From assembly GCF_009914755.1 (NCBI RefSeq), contig NC_060933.1: a stretch of 64,000 nt of DNA. One strand, written 5' to 3'. This DNA is from the human T2T-CHM13v2.0 reference genome, Homo sapiens. The notes under the pieces were generated by a model. The model was not told where the DNA came from. It was given only the letters and a program-made list of their open reading frames with translations, and did no database searches. Shown here one piece after another: positions 49,244 through 63,873 of this stretch (positions are counted from its first letter, which is position 1; every line of letters starts with the position of its first letter). The position numbers were made by a program, and so were the translations under genes.

Positions 49244-49548
49244 ACCAGTGGTGTTGAAATCAGCAATAGTGGAAGAATTTACATTATGGAAATTAGCAAA
49301 TCGTGCAAATAATATTCGGGGGAAGGGAGATTTGTTGTTGTTTCCATTTAAAATTGTACAATTCAGTGGTTTCCTAATATATTCATTAGGTTATGCAACT
49401 ACCACCATCAAATTTCAGAACATTTTCATCACACCAAAAAGAAACACAGTCATTAGCAGTCACTCCTCATAACTCCCCACCCCAGCCCCTGGCAGTGTTT
49501 CTTGTTTTTTGAGAGCTGGTTGTTAAACATTTACAGCACACCACTGCT
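49244..49548. mobile_element. MER63-like hAT fossil with an inserted L1MB-type 3' fragment (~49345-49495)
   Basis: Termini ccagtggtgt / acaccactg; gagagctggttgttaaacattt; internal aaaattgtacaattcagtggt...cagaacattttcatcac. Confidence 0.55.
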
Positions 49549-50304
49549 GGGAATGCAGCTATTTCTATAATAACAGTTACTTTTCTCTTCCTCACTTAAT
49601 GTTTTGATTCTTCAAGAATCTTGAGGCCTCCTAAACCTCAAAGGTTTGTAACACAAAGATGATTTATCTTTAAAAGAAGTTATTTCAACTCTCACTTAAT
49701 TCAATTTATCTGTCACAGAATGAGATGAAAAATTGTTATGCATAGAGAGGAAAATCAGAAACTAATAAATCTTTAAAAAGGCTAGATCACTTTCTGCTGG
49801 ATTAGTATGTGGGATTTACTTTTGCATGAGACAATGGGCTCTTGTCTATTTTTAGCGTAGATAATGCATTTCCTAGGACCCACAGGAGGCCTTGGCTTCT
49901 CCTATTACTGAACACACATGCAGAGACCAGAGATTTTGTGAAAGAGAAAAAGAAAAAAGACAAGGGGAAAGGATTGGTGGTTTGCTCTTTTGATCACTAA
50001 TGCAACTCCATCAGGAAAGATGAAATATAATGCCCAAGAATTTCCTAAAAGAAATTCACTAGAAATGCACAAAAATACACTTGTTTCAAAAGATGTACAT
50101 ACATCCCCATATGCATGTGAAGGCACTTGCACCATGAAGTCATTTGTTAATCTCCTAATGACCCAATGACCCTAGAACAGTTCCCTAGATGTGGGCTCCC
50201 AGACACCAGATGCACATTACTCATCTAATTAATGCTGCTGATGAACTTGTTTCAAAATCTTTTATATTTGTAAGCAGGAAAGGTTGGGCTGTCCTCTAAG
50301 ATAG

Positions 50305-51253
<949 letters not shown>

Positions 51254-51270
51254 TGTAGGGACTCTATCTT

Positions 51271-51343
51271 GTTACTCAAATTGTAGTTTGCTGTCCAGCA
51301 CCATCAGCATTACCTGAGAGCCTGTCAGAAACACAGAGCCTGA
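51271..51343. mobile_element. MER5A fragment
   Basis: gttactcaaa...catcagcattacctgagagcctgtcagaaa. Confidence 0.6.
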
Positions 51344-51476
51344 GGCCAGGTGCTGTGGCTCATACCTGTAGTCCCAATGCTTTAAGAGGCTAAGGTGGGA
51401 AGACTGCTTGAGGACAGAAGTTCAAGACCAGCCTGGGCAACATAGTGAGATCTGTATCTACAAAAAATAAAAATTA

Positions 51477-52204
<728 letters not shown>

Positions 52205-52600
52205 AAAATTAGCCAGGCATAGGGGCACACACTTGTAGTCCTAGTTTCTTGGGAGGCTGAGCCAGAAGCATAGCTCAACCCCAGGAGTTGGAGGTTTCAG
52301 TGAGCTATGGTTGTGCCACCAGGGCCCTGTAATTGGCGTCTGTTCTCACCTTATTTACTTGAGTTTGTATGGAAAAAGAATTCACTGAGACTTACTTGAA
52401 ACTCATTCAAAAGATCCCCAAACAGTTGAGATGTGTTGGGAATCCTCACTTTATTTTAAGCAATTTTGATGCTAAATCAAGAGGCTAATTCTCTACCCAG
52501 GTTGGAATCCTATTGACTGCAGGAAAGCCAGGGGACCATCTTCAGAGATCATGAAAAGTTTTACTTCCAGTAATGCTTTTCTTTTATAAAAGTGATTCAT

Positions 52601-52908
52601 GGCCAGGTGTGGTGGCTCATGCCTGTAATCCCAACATTTTGGGAGGCCAAGGCAGGTGGATCGCTTGAAGCCAGGAGTTCACCAGCCTAGGCAATGTGGT
52701 GAAGCCCTGTCTCTACTAAAAATACAAAAATTAGCTGGGTGCGGTGGTACACACCTGTAGTCCCAACTACTTGGGGGGCTAAGGTGGGAGGATCACTTGA
52801 GCCTGAGAGACGGAGATTACAGTGAGCCAAGATCATGTCACTGCACTCCAGGCTGGGTGACAGAGCCCAGAACCTATCTCAAAAAAAAAAAAAAAAAAAA
52901 AAAAAAAA
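52601..52908 (+). mobile_element. Alu (older S/J type)
   Basis: Full dimer with long poly(A). Confidence 0.92.
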
Positions 52909-52929
52909 CATTCATGCTCATTACAGGAA

Positions 52930-54130
<1,201 letters not shown>

Positions 54131-54175
54131 AAGGCAGAATAACCATGCTGATAGCGAGCAGCCTTATCTCCTTCC

Positions 54176-54630
54176 TGTCAGGCCTCTGAGCCCAAGCCAA
54201 GCCATCACATCCCCTGTGACTTGCACGTATATACGCCCAGATGGCCTGAAGTAACTGAAGAATCACAAAAGAAGTGAATATGCCCTGCCCCACCTTAACT
54301 GATGACATTCTGCCACAAAAGAAGTGTAAATGGCCGGTCCTTGCCTTAAGTGATGACATTACCTTGTGAAAGTCCTTTTCCTAGCTCATCCTGGCTCAAA
54401 AAGCACCCACACTGAGCACCTTGCAACCCCAACTCCTGCCCGCCAGAGAACAAACCCCCTTTGACTGTAATTTTCCTTTACCTACCCAAATCCTATAAAA
54501 CAGCCCCACCCCTATCTGCCTTTGCTGACTCTCTTTTCGGACTCAGCCCGCCTGCACCCAGGTGAAATAAACAGCTTTATTGCTCACACAAAGCCTGTTT
54601 GGTGGTCTCTTCACACCGACGCGCATGAAA
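54176..54630 (+). promoter_or_regulatory. 5' LTR7 (promoter; TATAAAA 54494-54500)
   Basis: tgtcaggcctctgagcccaagcc...gcgcatgaaa; 455 bp. Confidence 0.95.
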
Positions 54631-54632
54631 TT

Positions 54633-54650
54633 TGGTGCCGTGACTCGGAT
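54633..54650 (+). other. Primer-binding site for tRNA-His
   Basis: tggtgccgtgactcggat, complementary to the tRNA-His 3' end, directly after the 5' LTR. Confidence 0.95.
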
Positions 54651-54773
54651 CGGGGGACCTCCCTTGGAAGATCAATCCCCCGTCCTCCTGCTTTTTGCTC
54701 CGTGAGAAAGATCCACCTACGACCTCAGGTCCTCAGACCGACCAGCCCAAGAAACGTCTCACCAATTTCAAAT

Positions 54774-54782
54774 CCGGTAAGC
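54774..54782 (+). promoter_or_regulatory. HERV-H major splice donor
   Basis: CCG|GTAAGC, GT at 54777, ~150 nt after the LTR. Confidence 0.75.
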
Positions 54783-55106
54783 GGCCTCTTTTTACTCTCT
54801 TCTCCAACCTCCCTCACTATCCCTCAACCTCTTTCTTCTTTCAATCTTGGCGCCACACTTCAATCTCTCCCTTCTCTTAATTTCAATTCCTTTCATTTTC
54901 TGGTAGAGACAAAGGAGACACATTTTATCCGTGGACCCAAAACTCCGGTGCCGGTCACGGATTGAGAAGGCAGGCTTCCCTTGGTGTTTAATCATTGCAG
55001 GGACACCTCTCTGATTATACACCCACGTTTCAAGGGTGTCAGACCACGCAGGGACGCCTGCCTTGGTCCTTCACCCTTAGCGGCAAGTCCCGCTTTTCTG
55101 GGGAAG

Positions 55107-55350
55107 GGGCAAGTACCCCAACCCCTTCTCTCCTTGTCTCTACCCCTTCTCTGCTTTTCTGGGGACAGGGCAAGTACCCCAAGCCCTTCTCTCTTTGTCT
55201 CTACCCCTTCTCTGCTTTTCCGGGGACAGGGCAAGTACCCCAAGCCCTTCTCTCCTTGTCTCTACCCCTTCTCTGCTTTTCCGGGGACAGGGCAAGTACC
55301 CCAACCCCTTCTTTCCTTGTCTCTACCCCTTCTCTGCTTTTCTGGGAGAG
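55107..55350 (+). repeat. 61-bp tandem repeat x4 in the HERV-H leader
   Basis: gggcaagtacccc starts at 55107, 55168, 55229, 55290 (diverged fifth at 55351). Confidence 0.95.
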
Positions 55351-55759
55351 GGGCAAGTACCCCTCAACCCCTTCTCCTTCACTCTTAGCAGCAAGTCCCA
55401 CTTTTCTAGAGGGGCAAGTACCCCAACCTCATATCTCTGCGCCCCAATCCCTTATTTCCATGCCCCAACCTCGTATCTCTGCGCCCCAATCCCTTATTTC
55501 CGTGCCCCGGCCTCTTATTTCTGCGCCCCATCCCTTATTTCCACGCCCCGACCTCTTCTCTGCGCCCCAACCTTTTCCCACTTTTCTGGAAAGTAAGAAC
55601 CCCCAAACCCCTTCCCTCAGTTTCTCCACTCTCTCTTCTCTAGGCTTGCTTCCTTCACTATGGGAACTTTCCACCCTCCATTCCTCCTCCTACTCCCTTG
55701 GCCTGTGTTCTCAAAAACTTAAAACCTCTTCAACTCACACCTGACCTAAAACCTAAATG

Positions 55760-56880
55760 CCTTATTTTCTTCTGCAATGCCGCTTGACCCCAATGCAAAC
55801 TCGACAGTAGTTCCAAATAGCCAGAAAATGGCACTTTGAATTTTTCCATCCTGCAAGATCTAAATAATCCTTGTCATAAAATAGACAAACGGTCTGAGGT
55901 GCCTGACGTCCAGTCATTCTTTTACACATCAGTCCCTTCCTAGTCTCTGTGCCCAGTGCAACTCGCCCCAAATCTTCCTTCTTTCCCTCCCGCCTGTCCC
56001 CTCAGTACCAACCCCAAGCGTCACTGAGTCTTTCTAATCTTCCTTTTCTATAGACCCATCTGACCTCTCCCTTCCTCCCCAGGCTGCTCCTCGCCAGGCC
56101 GAGCTAGGTCCCAATACTTCCTCAGCCTCTGCTCCTCCACCCTATAATCTTTTTATCACCTCCCCTCCTCACACCTGGTCCAGCTTACAGTTTCGTTCCG
56201 TGACTAGCCCTCCCCCTCCTGCCCAGCAATTTACTCTTAAAAAGGTGGCTGGGGCTAAAGGCATAGTCAAGGTTAATGCACCTTTTTCTTTATCCCAAAT
56301 CAGATAGCGTTTAGGCTCTTTTTCATCAAATATAAAAACCCAGCCCAGTTCATGGCTCGTTTGGCAGCAACCCTGAGACACTTTACAGCCCTAGACCCTA
56401 AAAGGTCAAAAGGCCGTCTTATTCTCAAAATACATTTTATTACCCAATCTGCTCCCGACATTAAATAAAACTCCAAAAATTAAATTCCGGCCCTCAAACC
56501 CCACAACAGGATTTAATTAACCTCGCCTTCAAGGTGTACAATAATAGAAAAAAGTTGCAATTCCTTGCCTCCACTGTGAGACAAACCCCAGCCACATCTC
56601 CAGCACACAAGAACTTCCAAACACCTGAACCGCAGCAGCCAGGCGTTCCTCCAGAACCTCCTCCCACAGGAGCTTGCGACACATGCCAGAAATCTGGCCA
56701 CTGGGCCAAGGAATGCCCACAGCCCCGGATTCCTCCTAAGCCGCGTCCCATCTGTGTGGGACCCCACTGAAAATCGGACTGTTCAACTCACCTGGCAGCC
56801 ACTCCCAGAGCCCCTGGAACTCTGGCCCAAGGCTCTCTGACTCCTTCCCAGATCTTCTCGGCTTAGCGGCTGAAGACTGA
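55760..56880 (+). pseudogene. HERV-H gag remnant
   Basis: CCHC zinc knuckle CDTCQKSGHWAKEC at 56675-56716; upstream frame disrupted; left boundary approximate. Confidence 0.8.
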
Positions 56881-59100
56881 CACTGCCCGATCGCCTCAGA
56901 AGCCCCCTAGACCATCACGGACGCCGAGCTTCGGGTAACTCTCACAGTGGAAGGTAAGCCCGTCCCCTTCTTAATCAATACGGAGGCTACCCACTCCACA
57001 TTATCTTCTTTTCAAGGGCCCGTTTCCCTTGCCTCCATAACTGTTGTGGGTATTGACGGCCAGGCTTCTAAACCTCTTAAAACTCCCCAACTCTGCTGCC
57101 AACTTGGACAATACTCTTTTAAGCACTCCTTTTTAGTTATCCCCACCTGCCCTGTTCCCTTATTAGGCTGAGACACTTTAACTAAATTATCTGCTTCCCT
57201 GACTATTCCTGGACTACAGCTATATCTCATTGCCGCCCTTCTTCCCAATCCAAAGCCTCCTTTGTGTCCTCCTCTTGTATCCCCCACCTTAACCCACAAG
57301 TATAAGATACCTCTACTCCCTCCTTGGCGACCGATCATGCACCCCTTACCATCTCATTAAAACCTAATCACCCTTACCCCACTCAACACCAATATCCCAT
57401 CCCGCAGCACGCTTTAAAAAGATTAAAGCCTGTTATCACTCGCCTGCTACAGCATGGCCTTTTAAAACCTATAAACTCTTCTTACAATTCCCCCATTTTA
57501 CCTGTCCTAAAACCAGACAAGCCTTATAATTTAGTTCAGGATCTGCACCTTATCAACCAAATTGTTTTGCCTATCCACCCCGTGGTGCCAAACCCATATA
57601 CTCTCCTATCCTCAATACCTGCCTCTACAACCCATTATTCTGTTCTAGATCTCAGACATGCTTTCTTTACTATTCCTTTGCACCTTTAATCCCAGCCTCT
57701 CTTCGCTTTCACTTGGACTGAGCCTGACACCCATCAAGCTCAGCAAATTACCTAGGCTGTACTGCCACAAAGCTTCACAGACAGCCCCCATTACTTCAAT
57801 CAAGCCCAAATTTCTTCCTCATCTGTTACCTATCTCGGCATAATTCTCATAAAAACACACGTGCTCTCCCTGCCAATCGTGTCCAACTGATCTCTCAAAC
57901 CCCAGCACCTTCTACAAAACAACAACTCCTTTCCCTCCTAGGCATGGTTAGCACGGTCAGAATTCTTACACAAGAGCCAGGACGACACCCTGTAGCCTTT
58001 CTGTCCAAACAACTTGACCTTACTGTTTTAGCCTGGCCCTCATGTCTGTGTGCAGCGACTGCCGCTGCTTTAATACTTTTAGAGGCCGTCAAAATCACAA
58101 ACTGTGCTCAACTCACTCTCTGCAGTTCTCATAACTTCCAAAATCTATTTTCTTCCTCATACCTGACGCATATGCTTTCTGCTTCCCGGCTCCTTCAGCT
58201 ATACTCACTCTTTGTTGAGTCTCCCACAATTACCGTTGTTCCCGGCCCAGACTTCAATCCGGCCTCCCACATTATTCCTGATACCACACCTGACCCCCAT
58301 GACTGTATCTCTCTGATCCACCTGACATTCACGCCATTTCCCCAAATTTCCTTCTTTCCTGTTCCTCACCCTGATCACGCTTGATTTATTGATGGTGGTT
58401 CCACCAGGCCTAATCGCCACACACCAGCAAAGGCAGGCTATGCTTATAGTACAAGCCACTAGCCCGCCTCTTAGAACCTCTCATTTCCTTTCCATCGTGG
58501 AAATCTATCCTTAAGGAAATAACTTCTCAGTGTTCCATCTGCTATTCTACTACTCCTCAGGGATTATTCAGGCCCCCTCCCTTCCCTACACATCAAGCTC
58601 GAGGATTTGCCCCACCCAGGACTGGCAAATTAGCTTTACTCAACATGCCTTGAGTCAGATAACTAAAATACCTCTTAGTCTAGGTAGACACTTTCACTAG
58701 ATAGGTAGAGGCCTTTCCTACAGGGTCTGAGAAGGCCACCGCAGTCATTTCTTCCATTCTGTCAGACATAATTCCTCAGTTTAGCCTTCCCACCTCAATA
58801 CAGTCTGATAACAGACGAGCCTTTATTAGTCAAATCAGCCAAGCAGTTTTTCAGGCTCTTAGTATTCAGTGAAACCTTTATGTCCCTTACGGTCCTCCGT
58901 CTTCAAGAAAAGTAGAATGGACTAAAGGTCTTTTAAAAACACACCTCACCAAGCTCAGCCACCAACTTAAAAAGGACTGGACAATACTTTTACCACTTTC
59001 CCTTCTCAGAATTCAGGCCTGTCCTTAGAATGCTACAGGGTACAGCCCATTTAAGCTCCAGTATAGACGCTCCTTTTTATTAGGCCCCAGCCTCATTCCA
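56881..59100 (+). pseudogene. HERV-H pro-pol remnant (protease, RT, RNase H, integrase fragments)
   Basis: FLINTEATHS (degenerate DTG motif), QYPI...NSPILPVLKPDK...SVLDLRHAFFTIPL, PVAFLSKQLD, integrase-like gtagacactttc...cagtctgataac; many stops. Confidence 0.9.
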
Positions 59101-59706
59101 GACACCAGACCAACTTAGACTGTGCCCCAAAAAACTTGTCATCCCTACTATCTTCTGTCTAGTCATACTCCTATTCACCGTTCTCAACTACTCGTACATG
59201 CCCTGCTCTTGTTTACACTGCCGGTTTACACTGTTTTTCCAAGCCATCACAGCTGATATCTCCTGGTGCTGTCCCCAAACTGCCACTCTTAACTCTTGAA
59301 GTAAATAAATAATCTTTGCTGGCAGGACTATGCTGAATCTCCTTAGGCACTCTCTAATCAGATATCCTGAGTCATCCCAATTATTAGACCTTTTATACTT
59401 GTTTTTCTCCTTCTGTTATTCCATTTAGTTTCTCAATTCATCCAAAACCATTTCCAGGCCATCACCAATCATTCTATACGACAAATGTTTCTTCTAACAT
59501 CCCCACAATATCACCCCTTACCACAAGACCTCCCTTCAGCTTAATCTCTCCCACTCTAGGTTCCCACGCCGCCCCTAATCCCGCTTGAAGCAGCCCTGAG
59601 AAACGTCGCCCATTCTCTCTCCATACCACCCCCCAAAAATTTTCGCCACCCCAACACTTCAACACTATTTTGTTTTATTTTTCTTATTAATATAAGAAGG
59701 CAGGAA

Positions 59707-60190
59707 TGTCAGGCCTCTGAGGCCAAGCCAAGCCATCACATCCCCTATGACTTGCATGTATACGCCCAGATGGCCTGAAGTAACTGAAGAATCACAAAAG
59801 AAGTGAATATGCCCTGCCCCACCTTAACTGATGACATTCCACCACAAAAGAAGTGTAAATGGCCGGTCCTTGCCTTAAGTGATGACATTACCTTGTGAAA
59901 GTCCTTTTCCTGGCTCATCCTGGCTCAAAAATCACCCCCACTGAGCACCTTGCGACCCCCACTCCTGCCCACTGAGCACCTTGGGACCCCCACTCCTGCC
60001 CGCCAGAGAACAAACCCCCTTTGACTGTAATTTTCCTTTACCTACCCAAATCCTATAAAACGGCCCCACCCCTATCTGCCTTCACTGACTCTCTTTTCAG
60101 ACTCAGCCCGCCTGCACCCAGGTGAAATAAACAGCCATGTTGCTCACACAAAGCCTGTTTGGTGGTCTCTTCACACGGACGTGCATGAAA
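59707..60190 (+). promoter_or_regulatory. 3' LTR7, 484 bp, with a 31-bp internal duplication
   Basis: Near-identical to the 5' LTR; AATAAA at ~60126. Confidence 0.95.
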
Positions 60191-60712
60191 CTTCCTGACT
60201 GAGCATGCTATTGGCCTTCACCTGTATCAATTTCAGAATAATTCATTTCTTTTTCATTTTTTATTTCTGTGATGCTTACTCCCTTTTAAGTTTGAACTAT
60301 TTTAATTAATTGATTAATCATTGTGATGTTTTCTTAATCATGTATTATTTCCTAAAACACACTAAGGAGTCTGTTTGACAGCTGACCTATCCCACCGAGC
60401 TCCCAATTCTTGCTGCAGTATCATCTGATTTTAATTATCATAGCCTTACACCTGGCCAACTCCATTTTTAGAAACAACATGCCTTTTTATTATTTTGCTT
60501 TCTTACTCTTTGGCTCCTTATGGGGTAAATCAACTTTCTAACCCAAGAGCTGACATTTTCAGCAAAGAAGAAATCATCTTTTGTTATGTTAACGTAGAGC
60601 CTTAGATATTAATAGAGGCAGCTTCCTCAAACCATTCCACAAAATGACGTGATAGCTTTACCTTTCCAAAAAATAAACTAGGATGTGCATAACATTTTGG
60701 TGTTATGTCTAA

Positions 60713-61081
<369 letters not shown>

Positions 61082-61329
61082 TGACATATCTGGCTGGCTG
61101 AGGATAGCACAGAGCCAGTTTAAACAGCTAAGAAAAAGTCGGTTTATCCTTGTGGCTATATTTGTGGTTGAAATTGTGAAGGCCAAGTGTCCTGTATTTT
61201 CTTGAAGGACATTTTTTTCTTTTCCTTTGACTATTCTCTTGTTGATCACTTTTTAAATTTCTCACAACAGTCATTCTTAAGTAAACCACTCAAAGGGTGT
61301 AGGGAGTGAAAAGAGCTGCCGTCTGGTTT

Positions 61330-61510
61330 CTGACAGAAGTGGTTTACCTCTTGCTTCCCTACTTCCCATTAGCATTGGCTTCTTCATCTATAAAGAATCA
61401 TTTAACAAAATGACATTTGTCTCGTAGAGCTGGTAGAGTAGTTAAATGGGATTATGTATGGAAGGACCTTAGCACAATGCCTGCACAAAATAAAAACTAA
61501 ATAAATGTAA
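61330..61510 (+). mobile_element. MIR fragment
   Basis: ttcttcatctataaa...ttaaatgggattatgtatg...cttagcacaatgcctg. Confidence 0.6.
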
Positions 61511-61511
61511 G

Positions 61512-61682
61512 GTAGGTGCAGTGGCTCATGCCTGTAGTCGTCCCATCTACCTGAGGCTGAGACAGAAGGGTTCATTGAGCCCAGGAGTTCAAGACTGCAG
61601 TGCACACTGATGGCACCTGTAAGTAGCCACTGCACTCCAGCCTGAGCAATATAGCAAGAGCCTATCTCTAAAAAAAAAAAAA
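61512..61682 (+). mobile_element. FAM (fossil Alu monomer)
   Basis: cctgtaagtagccactgcactccagcc 7SL-like segment; poly(A). Confidence 0.78.
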
Positions 61683-61685
61683 ATG

Positions 61686-61934
61686 TTTTTTTTGAGACAC
61701 TGTCTCACTGTGTCACCTAGGCAGGAGTGCAATGGTGTGATCTCAGCTCACTGCAACTTCTGCAACCCCAGCTCAAGATATCCTACTATCTCAGCCTCCC
61801 AAGCAGCTGGGACTACAGGCACTTACCAGCACATGCAGCTAATTTTTGTATTTTGTGTACAGCTGGGGTTTCTCCATGTTTCCCAGGCTGGTCTTGAACT
61901 CCTGGGTTCAAGCAATCTTCCTGCTTTGGCCCCC
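61686..61934 (-). mobile_element. 5'-truncated AluJ inserted antisense in the FAM tail
   Basis: Reverse Alu lacking its first ~40 nt. Confidence 0.85.
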
Positions 61935-62184
61935 AGAAAAATTGTTAATGTTGAAAAAACACTAAATAAATGTAAGCTTACAAAATAGACCTCCTCACCC
62001 CAGGCTACCTCAGTCCTTGCAAATGATCTTGCTTGACTCCTACTTTACTGAGATGATGAAGCTCTCAATCTACCCTCTTCTTTATGCTCATCCTTAACCT
62101 ATCTATCTCATTCCCTCTGTATTCCTATCTCAAGAAAAAACAGGTTGTCTTTCCTGCCAAGGCTATCCCTACATCTTTGATCTC

Positions 62185-62340
62185 CTTTCTTCTCTCCCTC
62201 CTTCCTTCCTTCCCTCCCTCCCTTCTTCCCTTCCTCCTTCCTTCCCTCCCTCCTTCATTCTCTCTTTTCTTCCTTCTTTCCTTCCTTCCCTCCTCCCTTC
62301 CTTCTTTTCCTTCCTCCTTCTCTCCCTCCCTTCTCTCTCT
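62185..62340. repeat. CT-rich (CCTT-type) low-complexity tract
   Basis: Direct inspection. Confidence 0.85.
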
Positions 62341-62442
62341 GAACCTTGCTCAGTTCTCTTCTCCCTTAGATCAGCAGTTCTCTACATGTGCCCTGTCTCT
62401 TCTTTTTATTATAAATAGATTCAGTTCTCTCCTGCCCTATAG

Positions 62443-62752
<310 letters not shown>

Positions 62753-62775
62753 AAAACAAACCGTCTTTAAGCATT

Positions 62776-63300
62776 ATATTTTAGTTATCTATTGCTGCAT
62801 AATATATTGCTTCAAGACTTAGTGACTTGAAACAACCATAAGTATTTCTCATCTCCCATGGTTTCTATGAGTCTGGCATTGAGTGGCAGCTTGGTTGGGC
62901 AGTTCTGGCTTGGGGTCTGTCAAAAGTTGCATTCAGGTCAGCTGAGGCTGCAGTATCTGAAGGGTTAATGGAAATGGAGGATCCACTTCTGAGGTAGCTC
63001 ACTGCCGAAGCTGGCAAATTTGTGTTGACAAGTGGAGTCCTCTCTGTGTAAGCATCTCCACAGGGCTGCCTGAGTGTTCTCATAACATGGTGGCTAGCAT
63101 TATCCCACGGTGTGTGATTCATGAAGCCAATGCAGAAGCTATAATTTCTTTACGAACTAGCTTTGGAAGTCACATGCTGTTATTTCCTCTGTATTCTGTT
63201 GGTCACACAGAGCAGTCCTGGTACAACATGGCACAACAAAAGTACATGAACACTAAAAGGCAATAACGATTGGGGGCCAACTCAGAGGCTGACTACTCCA
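62776..63300 (-). mobile_element. MLT1-family MaLR LTR
   Basis: ttagttatctattgctgcataa...gacttagtgacttgaaacaac...ggaggatccacttc. Confidence 0.7.
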
Positions 63301-63623
63301 CCTACTAGCACTCTCTTTGTTCTCCTGTGACTTTGAAAAGGTTGCCCACCATGGCTCCAATTTCTCATCCTCTACTCTCTCAGGCAGAGTTCCTGTTTGC
63401 AAGCAATTAAAATTGACTGTAGGTATTCCAAAGAGAAGTTTATTAAAAAGATATTGTTGGAAGTGCTGGAGAACCAGAGTTGCTGAAGTTGAGTCTCCAA
63501 AAAGAATGCCCAAAACCAGGCCACAAGACTGGGCAGAAGAACCAAAATTTCCCTTGCTGTGGCCACTGCTACTGCTGTTGCTCAAAAAGCCAAAGTTTCT
63601 GCTGCCACTCGCCCAACAAAAAT

Positions 63624-63873
63624 ACAGCTAATCCTTGAACAACACAGGTTTGAAATGCACTTATACATGGATTTTTTTTTGCATGGATTTTTTTCAACAA
63701 AAGTTACACTGAGTGTGCTTGTGTCTCCTGCTTCCTGTTCCACGTCTTCTGCTTCTGCCACCCCTGAGACAGAAAGACCAGCCCCTCCTCTTCCTCCTCC
63801 TTCTCAGCCTGATCAGCATGAGGATGACAAGGATGAAGACCTTTATGATGATCCGCTTCCACTAAGTGAATAG
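63624..63873 (+). mobile_element. Tigger2(a) fragment
   Basis: cagctaatccttgaacaacacaggtttgaa...gaggatgacaaggatgaagacctttatgatgatcc. Confidence 0.8.

Larger units (their letters stand above)
54522..55388 (+). pseudogene. ESRG-like HERV-H leader reading frame, split by an in-frame TGA at 54963
   Basis: TLFSDSARLHPGEINS...KTPVPVTD* then in-frame VFNHCRD...PRRDACLGPSPLAASPAFLG resembles the predicted HERV-H-derived ESRG peptide; non-ATG start. Confidence 0.5.
54176..60190 (+). mobile_element. HERV-H provirus, internally deleted type (env largely missing), 6015 bp
   Basis: Two LTR7s, PBS-His, PPT aagaaggcaggaa 59694-59706, TSD CTTCC 54171-54175 and 60191-60195. Confidence 0.98.

Noticed and set aside
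54633-54650. tRNA-His gene
   Set aside because: Only the 18-nt complementary retroviral PBS, no cloverleaf.
54522-54965. Assigning the gene symbol ESRG
   Set aside because: Many HERV-H copies share this frame; this one has a premature stop and the locus cannot be identified from sequence alone.
55107-55350. CRISPR-like array
   Set aside because: Contiguous tandem units without unique spacers, inside a eukaryotic ERV.
56881-59100. Functional retroviral protease/RT
   Set aside because: Catalytic DTG reads NTE; many stops and deletions; no intact YXDD region seen.
63559-63873. 104-aa ORF with acidic tail
   Set aside because: Derived from the Tigger2 fragment.
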